Assembly (NCBI GenBank): GCA_002633005.1
Contig: NMRA01000005.1
Coordinates: forward strand, 1,535,236-1,599,235
Direction of reading: 5' to 3'
Source: Phoronis australis
Taxonomy: Eukaryota > Animalia > Phoronida
Length of the DNA: 64,000 nucleotides
Shown: positions 37,341 through 51,135 of the stretch, piece by piece
How positions within the stretch are numbered: the stretch's first letter is position 1
Layout of the letters: every line of letters starts with the position of its first letter
Translations under genes and position numbers: made by a program
Notes under the pieces: generated by a model
Databases searched by the model: none
What the model was told of the DNA's origin: nothing
The model's input: the letters and a program-made list of their open reading frames with translations, nothing else

Positions 37341-38765
37341 AAGAATACCATCGTCATTACTAGAATGGATACATTCTACAAAGTCATTAGGTTTTTAAAT
37401 AATCACCATGAACTCCAATAATAAACTTTCAAAGACAAGTGACTGTGTAGACTCGATCCGACACGTGCTCTGTAATGAAACCTTGGACAAATGTAGTATT
37501 GAAACAAATGCTCACATGTTACATAACGTTAAACTCGATAGTTGTTTTGTTGTAAATTACATAAAAAATTAATTGTGCCACAGTAACAATTTACATGTTT
37601 AACACGTCTTCACGTGATGTGGCCAACATATGACCTGTGTGAAGACATATGAATACAGTGCCTTCAACAATTTGCTTCTCAATATAAATGAGCTTCCCAG
37701 GTTGTACACGTGCGTCTGTTGATGATAATTTTGCTTTTAAGACTCGTTTTAATAGGTTAAATAGAAAAACTCGCGCATACAGTTGTACAAATTTACTTTA
37801 CTATTTTGACAGATTTATAGCAACACTTCACATATCACTTTTGGCTATGGATATTCTCATGCTAGGACCGGTAGGGTTCGCTTTAATCACGGGCGGGTAG
37901 AGCCTGATAGTGGGGGGAACCACGAGTTTCTGAATCGAAAGTTGACAGACAGGAAACAAATAACACCGACCTATCCGTTTGAGAGCCACAACCCCTAAGG
38001 CAAATCTCTGTTCACGAATCAAGACTGACGTACGACCTGCATCTAACTTCGTCGTAGCCCCCATGCGGTTTAGTTTTTGAAAGTTTCCATTCATATGCAA
38101 TGCCCTCGAAGATCTCTCCCGTTTATTCACTGTAAGATGACATGTGGTACCATTTTCCATTGAGAACACACTTTTGGTATTCAGTATCTCTAAAAGGCGA
38201 GTTTATTGATCTGGATTGTGTAATGACGTGGTTACCTGGTTGTTGCACTTCGATTACTTGGTGTGCTCGTAGTTCATTGGAAAGCTCAATAACCCCTCCT
38301 AGGAAGTAATAGCATGACCCTTGAATGTTTCCCTTTGAGTGGGTCGGCCTGCTGTTTCAGATTGCGGCCATTTCCTTGAAAGCGCGCACCGTGAGGAGAT
38401 GATGTCTTACCCGATACATGAAGGACGATACAGGTGCGTAACTTCTGTCATTAATTACATTTTTGTCTTGCTGATTGCTGTTACAGTTCTCCACCTGTGG
38501 CAACTGTTTGGTGTACAGGTAGTTGTAATACGTATATGTTTTAAGTGTCGGCTGTATTTTACAGTAGTTGTATGCTTTGGGTTATACTAATACATTAGTG
38601 TTCGGGTCGTGATGACGCACATTTATTCAAATGGATATTCACTGAGAAGACTGGCTTTAAGAGAAGAACTGCTGGCCGTGTAAATATTCTGAAGATACAT
38701 TTGAATTTATGTATTTCTGTATGAGTAAGCAAAGCCTACGATGTACAATAAGTGATATTATTTGA

Positions 38766-38803
<38 letters not shown>

Positions 38804-38808
38804 TATTA
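38766..38808. repeat. (ATT)n microsatellite
   Basis: Direct reading. Confidence 0.95.
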
Positions 38809-38933
38809 AATGGATATATTTATCCATCTATCAAATGTATTATCATTAGCTTGCACTAGACGTTTGTTACTTGACTTGCTGAATTTAACGCTCTTTCTAA
38901 TCCCGACTAACAATTGTACTAACATACTAACTA

Positions 38934-39620
38934 GGGCCCTATCATGCGTCCCGTTTTATGGACTCCGGATCCTATCTGTCCCGGGTTTTTGTGTCCCGGT
39001 GTTTTGCGTAATAGTCCAGACGCTAAGCGGACGAGTGTGCAAGTTTTAGCAACACTTGCCATTTAGGCCCACATGACAGTTGTCAGGTGCTTTTCGATCC
39101 TGATTTAAGGCATAAGTTCACCAAGTAATAAAGTAACGTGTTATTTTTATGCATTCTCCTTAGATGCATTGGATTCTGGTCGTTGTCAGATAAAGCAATG
39201 CTCCCTGGAATTTTGGAATGCTAGCCCACTTCTTGAAAATGCGCATTTAGTTTTCGAGATTTCGTCTAGGTCGCAAACGGCGAACTTGGGTATGTTAATT
39301 TTCTTGGCTCATCGAGCACTGACCAATGACACATAGAAATCGGTGTGAAAGTAGCCATTGTCCCCCTGGAGAAATTGTCCGGCTTGCGTGCATTTGAATG
39401 AAGCATCCGGCTCATCCACTGATTAACGTGTCAGTACACCGGCATTCAAATACATGCAGCTAGGACATTCTCTGCAGGGAGACAATCACAGCTACAACAC
39501 CAGGACACATAGAACTCCGCCCGATGCAATGAAAACTGGTCATACCGAACCCGGGACACGTACATACATGTATGTAGAATCCCGATATGCACAAAACGGG
39601 AAAACATCAGGATGACCCCC
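38934..39620. mobile_element. MITE-like insertion in the first array unit
   Basis: Absent from other units; imperfect terminal inverted repeats containing CCCGTTTTRTG and CCCGGG. Confidence 0.45.
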
Positions 39621-42600
39621 AACATATGGATCAGAACAATGGTTCCCGTGATCGATAACTGCCTTGGTAGATTTTTCAATTAATATCAAAGTGTCAACTT
39701 GAAAACAATAGTTGATTTGCCGATTGTCTCTAACTTTCATTACTGCACGTTTTTGTCTATTTGCACGCCATACCCATACATAAACGACAAGCTGCGAACC
39801 ACAGATAACCAAGACGGAAGAAAGTTGGAAGACGAAAATTAAGAAGAAAATATGCACTGTAACAGGGGGTTTATGTGATCTACCGTTGCTTGCGTGTCAT
39901 AATGTATTAGTATAAATAGGGTACATGTCGATACTCCAAAGGTTCACAAGTTCGAACTCTCATAATACCACAAATAAAAAAGGCATTATAAGGCCGAAGG
40001 TTCACAAATCGGATAGAAAGAAAAAACTAGTTAGTTCGAAACTAGTCGGAAGGTCTATGATGCCTGAAACCAGCGCTTCAAAGTCAACGACAGTCAAGCA
40101 GCAAAATGTTGGCGGCGATAAACCATACTTTGAACATGTAAACAACTACAGCAACTCAGTGAATCGTCCAACTTCATGTTTGGATCCCGTTTTGAGAGGC
40201 ACAGGCTCTTCGAAGAACTAGTTTCAAGCAGCCGTGTGCAAATAAATCCCTGAACGTTTTGCTCAAAATCACTGTTCGGTACCTAGTGTCATGAAAGTTC
40301 AAATTTATAACCTTCGGTGGGTTTTCGTAATTGTGTGGACAAGTCTTCAGATTTATGGATTTTTAGACATGCAAACCTTGCGACCCATGAATACCTTAAT
40401 TTCATATAAACTCTGTACATATTCTTCTCACTTGAAGTTTTCAATTGAGGTCATATAAGGTTGATCACTTCTTATTGTGGAATTTTTCGCGACTTGGCAA
40501 GTCGTCGAACTAGTGGACTTTGGCTGACTAGTGTACCATTTACCCACGGCACCTGACGTCGCGAGCAGTTACAGTGTACCAAAAGTGCAGAAGGACCACT
40601 AACACGAATGACACCAAGGCCAAAGATAGGGTGCAGTTCAGCTGTAAATCAGTATCCTGGCAGTTACCGGTTTTGATTACATGTGTGTACTCATTTTAGC
40701 CATGTTTTATTTGGAAAAGCGAAGTGAAAAATCTACTTCAGGAATACGTTTTTATTCAAGTACACGGTTTCACAACTGGTTTCAGTGCAGTCTCTCAAAT
40801 ATTGCGTTGGTACATGTAATTGTATAACTGGGAAATCTTGTCAATATAAAATACACTATAGGCTCTCAGTTCGGGTCGCCTGTATTATATTCCTTCTCGG
40901 AAGTTTTAATTGCTGTATTTTTTAAGCAACTTTGTCATTTGTTAAATAGCTGGGCTTTGTTTATCATTAACAGGATACCAAACTCGGTTTTGGCCTACTT
41001 ACACATACTAAAAACGACTTTCCCCATCCAGTTCTCTGAAACAAAATAATGCTTTGTAACTTATCGCCAACCCTCAAGAGTCTGGAGGAAATTTTGAAAA
41101 CTTTTAACAAATTCTGCTAAACGGGCAAGCGTGACCTACGCTTTTAGCAGGTTACACAGCACCTTTGGAAAAGGCGACCCGTCAAGGACCACAACGTGCA
41201 ATTTATGAGATAGGAAGTATAAGTTTTTTCAGTTGGTTCCTGATTTTATTTTGGAAGATTGACACTAAAGATGCAAAGCAGGTGACAGAAAGTGGATTGG
41301 TTAACTACATCCCTATAAGGTTTATCATCCTTACAGGACCATACAGGACCACGACGTCATGACGGGTTACAGTGCATCAAAAAGTTCCTGCAGCACCACT
41401 AATACGACTGACAACAGAGTTGAAAAGTGTATTACCGTTCAACTTTCATGAGAAAAAAGCATTTAAAATGTTTTACACTTCAGTTACAAGTTTGTTGAGA
41501 CAGCTTTTTACTTTCCTAACCAAATTTATTTTAATGTATACTTCACAATACGAAATACACTCACCTCGGCTCACGTGTGTTAAATTCGTCCTTGAAGGTT
41601 GATTGGACTTTATTGCCAAGTATGCGATTTTAGATAAATTTTTTACAAAATTAAATATTTTAACTCCTTAAATGTTTATATTATCGGAAACTAGAAACCC
41701 AAATAAAATTTGAAATTTCGGTTTTTACTTGTCTGATATTCATAATGATTGCCTCACAAGAATATTTCCCTTAAGTAAAATTTAGCGAAAAAGAAAAGCA
41801 CAGTAATAGCAAAACAACAGTATCGATAACAAGTTCGAATTTCATTTGATGAAAATGTTCCAAGACGTTATCTTAAAAAACTATTAATGTTCTAAAATAT
41901 CATGATTTTATTTTGAATTCGTTTTGTAAACGGTGTTTAAGTCCTTGGATTTGGAAGTTTTACATAAATCTGGAGAGCTATTTCTGAGATAAAAAACTTC
42001 AAAGTTGGGGAAATGTTCACGATTTTGAAGCTTCAAAGTTAGAGAAATGTTGACGTTTTTTCTATGGTCATACAGGACCTCGCCACAACTGGCAGTGCAC
42101 CCCGGGCCAAGATGTCGCTGAACCACCAACACAAAATGACACAGAGTCGGAAAGGTAAAAATTTCCAGGAGTTGCCTCTTACGTGAGGGCGTGCACCATG
42201 AGATCCTGCCTTACCCGATACATGAAGGGCGATAGAGGTGTGTAACTTTCGTTATTGATAACATTTTTGTCTGGCTGACACTTTCAGTTACAGTTACCCA
42301 CCTGTGACAAATGTATGGTGTCCAGATAATTGGGTTGTACTCAAGTATTAGTCTTTGGGTTGCGATGACGCACATGTACTTCGAACAGATAAAGCTCTCC
42401 ATTCATCATATCTATTACCATTTGCTTGCACTAAGCTTTTGTTACTTGTCTTGCTGGTACATTCGCGTTAACGCTAACACTCTTTTTAATCCCGACTAAC
42501 AATTGCACTAACATACTAACACCAATCCTAACATATCAAGAAATACAGCATGAATAAATCCAAACGACGTTCAAGGTCATAAAATGCATGCTGAGTGGTG

Positions 42601-43251
42601 TTATTTGAATTCCTCTCCAAATGTCAAGATGAAATGGAGCTGAACAGTGGTTCCCGTGATCGATTACTACCGTGGCAGGGATAAGGATTTTGGAATTAAG
42701 TTTCCGAACGGCAAATTGAAAACAATAGTTGATTTATCGATTGTTTGTAAATTTTATTAATGAAAGTTTTCGTTTATTTACTTACCATGCCCACGCCACA
42801 ACGATACGATCCAACCCACGGATAATCAAGACGGAAGAAGAAGTATGGAAGACTGAAAATTAAGAACCGAAGACTAAAATTAAAGAAGGAAACTTAAAGT
42901 AGCATGCAAGTCACAGTGCATTAGTATAAATAAGATGGAGCTCGATACTCCGAAGGTTTGCAAGCCTGAAGGCAAGTTATGTGACATTGAATGATTTTTT
43001 TAAAATACCCTATCAGACAAATAAAAACGTTTCTAAAAACAGCCCTATCAAACTGAAAGTAAAACAACTAATATTCTTTCAGACTTGTGTTAATCTTCGG
43101 ATTTATTTATTTGTCGACTTGTAAACTTTCGGAGCCATGAATTCCGTAATTTCATACCTTCCCCCACATTTGTTCTTACTTGTAGTTTTCAATTCAGATC
43201 ACATGGGTTCGTTGTTTCGGGGCGATTAACTTCTTTCGAACCTAATTATAG

Positions 43252-44912
43252 TTTTTATGCTCAAACGTATTTATATGTGGACTCGTTATGCCGTCTATCT
43301 CCGTCCATCCGTTCGGAGTCCGGCGTTCGCTCCAAAACGCCTGGACGTATGTACAGGAAGTTTTGCACATGTGTTTCTTCCGTGGATGGGACGGCATGAG
43401 CGAACTTTCAGGCGGATCCGACTATTGGTGTGACACCTAGTGGCAATTTTAGTTTTTACGTTTACCTCTGTAACTTCAAAAGTCCTGAACGGATTTTCAT
43501 AAAAATTGGTACATAGGCACCTATCAGTAAGATGAGGCTAATCTTCCGTTTTCAGATGGATTCGACATAGTTTGCGCCACCTAGTGGCCATGTTTTGGTG
43601 TTTTTGGGTTTTGTTTTTTGCGTCCACCCCTCTATCAACCAAACCGCTCAAAGGATGATTGTGAAAATTGCCATGCATGACGATGATTTTCCGACGACTT
43701 CGACTACTATGGCGCCTCCTAGTGGCAGTTATTTTGCGCCTATGGCTGCATGTCCTAAACCGTTCGCAGGATCTTTAATAAATTTAGTAATTGTATCTAT
43801 GTGATGTTGACGACGGAAGACAACGACTTTCGGACAGATATCTGACTACTGGTGTGCCACCTACTGGCAATTTTATTTTTTTACGTTTACCCCTGTGTGT
43901 TCAAACGCCCTCAACGTATTTTCATAAAATTTGGCATACACGCATCTGTTAATTAAGTGACGCTATCTCTCACTTTTCAGATGGATTCAACCTAGTTTGC
44001 GCCATCTAGTGGCCATTTTTACTGTTTTCGAGTCTGTTTTTGGCGTCCAGTCATCTATCAACGAAACCGCTTTCAGGGTAATTGTGAAAATTGGCATGTA
44101 TATTTTTACTATAAAGTGGACGGCCGACGATGATTTTCCGTCGACTTTGACTACTGTGGCGCCTCCTAGTGGCACTTTTGTTTTTTTGCGTTCATGACTG
44201 TATCTCCTAAACCGTTTGCAGGATCTTTACTTAATTTAGCGAGTGTACGAGCGGACAACGCCGACTTTCGGACGGATCTGACTACTGGTGTGCCCCCTAG
44301 TGGCAATTTTAGTTTTTTTACGTTTACCAGTCTGTACCTTCAAAGGTCCTCAACAGATTTTCATAAAGTTGTGAATATAGGCATCTATGTTTTTGGATGG
44401 AATTGAGGTATTTTGCGCGACCTAGTGGCCATTTTTGCCGTTTTCAAATCTTGTTTTTGGCGTTCACCCCTGCATGGACAAAATCATTCTAGGGATAGTT
44501 TTGAAAATTGGCGTATATGGTTTTAGTGCGAACAGGACGTTTGATGATGGCGCCTCCTAGTGGTAGTTATGTTTTGTTTTGCGACCATAGCTATATCTCT
44601 TAAACCCACTTCAGGATCTTTTTTAAATTTAGTAAGTGTATTCCTATGAAGATAACAACAGAAGACGACTTTCAGGCGGATCCAACGAACGCTGTGCCCA
44701 CAAGTGGCAATTTCATGTTATTATGTTTTCCTTTGTTTCTCTGAAGTTCCTTGACAGATTTTTATGAAATGTGGCATGTTCCCGTTTTTGGATGGATTGT
44801 ACGTTTTTGCGCCATCTAGTGGCCATTTTTATGATACAAATAAATAACCCTAAAAGCACACCATTTGCGATGCATTCGTGGGCGCATTTGAACGCTCCGC
44901 GTTGCTCTTGTT
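43252..44912. mobile_element. Helentron-associated (HINE/DINE-1-like) non-autonomous element with internal ~140/425-bp tandem repeats
   Basis: Inserted in a T-run of the array unit; (CCGT)-type microrepeat near the left end; right end ...GCTCTTGTT; internal repeats restart at ~43412, 43837, 44273 and 44678. Confidence 0.6.
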
Positions 44913-47900
44913 TAGGGACTTGTTCTTTCGTCAAACTACTGGCTGACCAGTATACCATTAACATGAGAGATTTTACAAAAATCTGAAAACTGCTATTTCT
45001 AAGATATAAACAAGAGAAATGTGGACACTTTCTAGGGCCACGCAGCATCCGAAGTAACAGGACGCTGTCTTTGCTACCACTGGCAGTGAACAAAAATGTC
45101 ACTGAACCGTCACCATGTAATGACACCAGAAGAGAAAAAGTAAAAATCCAGGAAACTGCCTCTTCCTTGAGGGCGTACGTCATGAGATGCTGTCTTACCC
45201 GATACACAAGGTACGACTGAGGTGCGTTACTTTCGTTATTGATAACATTTTGGACTGGCTGTCACGTGCAGTTACCGTTCTCCAGCTGTTACAACAGTCT
45301 GCTGCCCAGGTCGTTGAAATACATTTCTAGTGTTAGCTGTATTTTAGTTGTACTTTGGGTTCTCCTCATATATCAATGCTTTGGCCGTGATGATGCTCAT
45401 TTATTCCAATAGATAGACTGTAGATCTGTCCATCTATCAATTGTAGTTTCATTCGCTTGGACTAGAAGTTTGTTGCTTTTCTTGCTTGTGCATTAACGTT
45501 GATGCAAACACACATTCTAATCCCGCCAACAATTCCAATTAAATATTAATACCAGTCCTAACAAACCTAAAAACATCACCAATTAATCCAACTGACGTTC
45601 GAAGTCACAAAATGTATGCTGAATGTCACTATTTGAATTCCTGTGGTTCCCGGTATCAATTTCTGGCGGAGTAAGGACAAGGATTTTCAATTGATCTGCG
45701 TGTGAGAAATTGAAAACAGTTGATTTGGCGATTGTTTGTAAATTTTTTCAATACTCGTTTTGTGTGTTTACACGCATTACCCATACCTCAGCAATACGCT
45801 GCGATCCTCGAATAACCAAAACGGACAAAGCAGTTCCTCAGACGAAAATTATGAAGGTAAACTATTGTTGCTTGGGTTTCATACTGCATTAAATAGGGTG
45901 AAGCTCAATACCTTTAAGGTTTTCAAATCTGCCCATTATACGACAAACGAAAATGTTTACAAAAAGCACTATCGGGCCGCAGGTTCACAAACTCGACAAA
46001 AAGCTTATTAGTTCGAAAACAGTTCGACAATTAAAGAAACCAGAAGCCAGTGATTCCAATTTCTACGACAGAGGAGCAACAAAATTTTAGTGGCTGTATT
46101 CCAAAAATTGAAAATGTTAATAAAAGCGACAGTTCAGTGCACTTTGTCAAACTTTGTTTGGATGCTTTACCAAGGCACTGGCTCTTGGAAGAATTGGTTC
46201 CAGGGAGGCACGTGCTTACAAATCTCCAAACATTTTGTTCGAAATCACTGTTCAGAACCTCGTAACATGAAATTTCGAACTTTTAGCTTTCGAACTAATG
46301 GTCTCTCGGACTTGTGAGGATATTTGAATTGATGGATTTGTTTACTTGCAAACCTTTGGAGTCATGAATACCGCAATTTCATAATTTTGGCCCACACTTT
46401 TTTACTTGAAATTTTCAATTCAGATCATATCATTTCATTTTTTCTAGGGGGTTGACTTCCTTTTAACATAATTGTACAGTCTATAGCACACTCTTGACAA
46501 AGAGCTCATCGCTCGAAACGTGGGGATATTTTAATATATTTTAGTACTGACGCTCGTCGTTTTAGTTTTACTATTTTATATTGTTATCCGTCGGTAACTG
46601 CACGGCATTTCAACATCTATTTGATAAAATTTTTCTAAGCCTTTTAGATACTTGGCCTTTCGTCAAACTATTTGACATTAGCTGACTAGTACACCATCAA
46701 CATGCGAGATCTGACATTGGGAACAGTGACATTATACCAAAATTTCTGTAGGACCACTGACAAGAATCACACCAGATGCAAAAGGTATGTTTTCGTCTAT
46801 TTACACGCCATACCCATAACCATACCCCAAAGATAACCTGCGACCTTCGTTAAACCAAAACGAAAAAAGAAAGATTTAAGACGAAAATTATGAAGGTAAA
46901 GTATCGTTGCATGGATTTCATACTGCGGTGTACAGCTCAATACCTTGAAGGTTTTCAAATCAGTGGCCATAATGCAACAAATGAAAATTTATTGAAAAAG
47001 CCCTATCAGCCTGAATTTTCGCAAATTCGACAAAAAAACTTTTTAGTGCGAAAATAGTTCGACGATCTGAGAGACGAGAAGTCAGTGATTGAAAGTTCAT
47101 GACAAAGGAGCGGCAAAATTTTAGAGGCGGAAAACCAAAACTTGAAAATTGAAATAAAAGCGACAGTTCAGTACACATTGCCAAACGTTGTTTGGATACA
47201 TGTACTTTACCAAGGCACTGGCTGTTCGAAGAAGTCGTTTTAAGAAGCCAAGTGCTTACAACTCTCCAAACATTTGGCTCGAAATCACTGTTCAAAATGT
47301 CTCGTGACAGGAAAATTCGAACCTTTTGTTTTCAAACTAATGGTCTTTCGGGCTTGTATTGATGGGTGTATTTATTTGTTTGTCTTTGAAAACGAGGAAT
47401 ATCGGCATTTCATAACTTTACCCCACACTTTCTCACTTGTAGTTTTCAGTTCAGATCATGATTTCATTGTTTCCAAGGGTTGACTTCCTTTTATCATTAT
47501 TTTAGGTCTTTTAGGTACTTGGCCTTTCGTCGAACTATTTGAATTTGGCTGACCAGTATACCATTAACATGCGAGATCTGACATTGCGATCAATGACAAT
47601 ATACCAAAAGTACTGCAGGACCACTGACACGAATCGCACAAGAGTCAAGGTTCCGTTAACTTGTAAACATCATAGAAGCTTCTTGGTTTTACTACAAGTT
47701 TGTGCTCCTGTGTGTCATCAAAACATGACTGACATTTTTTCGATATGGAAAAGGGAAGTGTAAAATCTACTAACCAGTCATTCAGGCATATGTCTTTTAA
47801 TGCACAATGACTCACATCTAGTTTCAAGGCATGTTCTCTTAAAAACCATTAAAAGCTAGCAAAAACCGAAGACCCATTGTTAATTAAACAACAGTGTCAA

Positions 47901-50219
47901 AACATGATCGAAAATCATTTGATGAAAAGTTTCGAGAAGTGATCTCCGAAACAATGTTGATGTTCTAAATTGTGATTATTGCACTTTCGTTTTGTGAAAG
48001 ACGTTTAAATCGTAGTATGTGAACGTTTTACATAAATCTGAACTGGTATTTCTGAGATAGCAACCTTTGAATATGGAGAAATGTAGACGCTCTTTCTAGG
48101 GTCATACAGGATCTGAACTAGAAGGATGTTGACCACGCCACCACTGGCGACGGACTAAAGATGTCGCTGAACCACCAACTCAAAACGACACCAGAGTCGG
48201 AAAAATCAAAAATTCCGGAAATTGCCTCTTCCATCAGGACGTGCGCCATAAGATGCTATCTTATCCAAAATACAAAAGACGATAAAGGTGTGTAAATTTC
48301 GTTATTAAAACGTTTTGGACTTGCTGATAAGTGCAGTTACAGTTCTCCACCTGTGACAACTGTGTGGTTTCCAGGTGGCTGTAAAATATTTTAAGTGTTG
48401 GCTGGTTTTTAATTGCACGATGGGTTATTCTAAGGTATAAAAGCTTAGGCCGTGATGACACACTTTTAATCCCATGGACAGATCTGCCCATTTATCAATG
48501 GTATTACCATTCGCTTGGACTAGGGGTTTGTTACTTTTCTTGCATATGGATTTGCGTTAACTCTAACGCACTTTCCAATCCCGCCCAACAAAGCATTAAA
48601 TATACAATACAAGCCCTAACATACGAAGACATACATCACAAATTAATCTAAATGGCGTTCAAGGTCGCAAAAGTCATGCTGAATGGAATATTTGAATCCC
48701 TGTGCCGATGCAGAAGCAAGATGAAGCTGAGCAGTGCTTCCCGTGGTCGATTCCTGCCGGCGTAGGAAGAAAGATTTTTTCAATTGATCTGCGTACGGCA
48801 AATTGATAGCAATTGATAGGTCGATTGTTTGTAGATTTTATCAATACACCTTTTTTCCTATTTACACGCCATACCCATACCCAAAGTTAACCTTCGTTTA
48901 ACCAAAACGAAAGAAGAAAGATTTAACACGAAAATTATAAAGCTAAAGTATCGTTACTTGGATTTCATACTGCAATGTGTACAGCTCAATACCTTGAACG
49001 TTCTCAAATCCCTACCCATAATATAACAAATGAAAGCATTTTTAAAAGGGTGCTATTAGGCCGAAGGTTCACAATTTCCAGAAAAAGCTTATTAGTTCTA
49101 AAACAGTTTGACAAGGACAAGGTCTTTTCAATAGATGTGCGTGTGGTTAATTGAAAACAGCCGATTTTTTGATTATTTGTAAATTTTATCAATGCATGTT
49201 TTGTCTATTTACACGCCACACCCAAGCCCCAACAATACCCCCATGACCCTCGGGATAACCAAAACGAATTCCGAAAGATTTAAGGTGCAACTTATGAAGG
49301 TAAACTATCATTGCTTGCGTTTGATATTGCATTTACTATAAATAGTGTACAGCTCAATATGTTGAAGGTCGTCAAATCAGTACCCGTAATACGTTAAACG
49401 AAAACGCTTTTAAAAAGGCCATATCAAATTGCTAGTTGAAAATCGGCTTCAGTAACTTAATCGAAGTTTATTTGGTGAAAAGTTTCGAGATGTGATCTCA
49501 GAGACACCGTTGATGTCATAACATATGATCATTTCATTTTTGTTTCGCGAACGGAGTATAAATCGCAGCATTTGAAAGATTTACCTAAATCTGAACTGCT
49601 ATTTCTGTACGTTTTTCTAGGGTCATACAGGATCTTAACCAGCAGGACCCTGGCCTGCCCCTCACTGTCAACGAACCAAAGATAGCATTGAACCATCACC
49701 TTAAAATGACACCAGAATCGAAAAGGTAAGAAATCCCGAAAATTGCCTCTTTTTTGAGGGCGTACACCATGAGATAGTATCAAGGTTCCGTTCACTTGTA
49801 AATATCATAGAATCTTCTGGTTTTTACTAAACGTTTTTACTCCTGTAAATCATCAAAATATGACCGACACTTCTTTGATTTGGAAAATGGAAATGAAAAA
49901 TTTAGTCCCCATTCATTCAGGCATCTGACTTTATTGATGTACACTGTTTCACACCTCATTTCAGGGCACAGTTTCTCAAAAACCATAGAATTTAGCACAA
50001 AAAACAAGCGCACATTGATAGTAAGGCAACGGCATTAACAACAACACCGAATTTCATATGAAGAAAATGACCCAGATGTAAAATACAGTTAGTGCTCTAA
50101 AATATGAGCATTTCATTTTCATTTTGTAAACGGTATTTATATCATAGAAATGAAATTTTACATAAATTTGAACACCTATTTCTGATACGAAGCTTTAAAG
50201 TTAGAGAAATGTAGAAGTT

Positions 50220-51135
50220 TTTATTCGCGCGCATATTTATATGTGAGTGTTTGTCATCTCTGCCTGCCCGGTTGTCCGGGCGTCCGGGATACGCGTCCAC
50301 AGCTGTATCTCTTAAATCCTCACAGGACCTTGATGAGATTTGGCAGATGTGCTTCTATAAGGCTGACGACAGTTGACGACGAATTTCGTACGGATCCGCC
50401 TACCGGTGGCATTTTTTTCGTTTATCTCTGTTTCTTCAAAGGTCATCGGATTTTCATAAAACTTTGCTCATGGGCCAATAAGATGACGCTATCCTCTCGT
50501 TTTCGGAAGACACCTAATGGCAAATTTTACTGCCCTCGAGCATATTTTTGGCGCCTACCCCTCCATCAATCAAACCACTCTAAGGATGATTGTGAAAATT
50601 GGAATATAATTATGTTCTTACTGTGAAGAAGGCAGCTGACAACGGCTTTCCGACGATTTCGACTACCGTGACACCTCCTAGTGGCATTTTCCTTTGATTT
50701 TGCTCCCAGCCCATGGCTCTGCAAGATATTTATTAGATTTAGCAAATAACTTTATATTAAGTTGACAACGGATGACGATTTCCGGACGGATTGGACTACC
50801 GGTGTGCCTCCTAGTGGAAAGTTATTTTTTTAAAAGTTTACTTAAAGTCTGTATATTAAAAGGTTCTTTGACGGATTTTCATAAAATTTGGCAGATAGGC
50901 ATATATTAGTGAAGGGGTGCCTATCTTTCATTTCCGGATGGATTGGGAGTATTTTCTGGCGCCTAGCGGCTATTTTTTACTGTTTTCGAGTCTTTGTGGC
51001 GTCCGTCCCTCTGTCAAGCAAACCACTTCATGGATGATTTTAAAAATTGGCATACATGTTTTTACTGTAAAAAGGTCTACTGACGGTCTTGTTCCGACAA
51101 AATTGACTAATGTGGCGCTTCTTGGTGGCAAATCG
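50220..51135. mobile_element. Truncated second copy of the HINE-like element
   Basis: Shares TATTTATATGTG, CGGATTTTCATAAAA, GATGATTGTGAAAATTGG and CCTCCTAGTGG with 43252-44912. Confidence 0.65.

Noticed and set aside
43400-44830. CRISPR-like regularly spaced motif
   Set aside because: The intervening sequences are themselves homologous (~425-bp period), the context is eukaryotic, and there are no cas genes.
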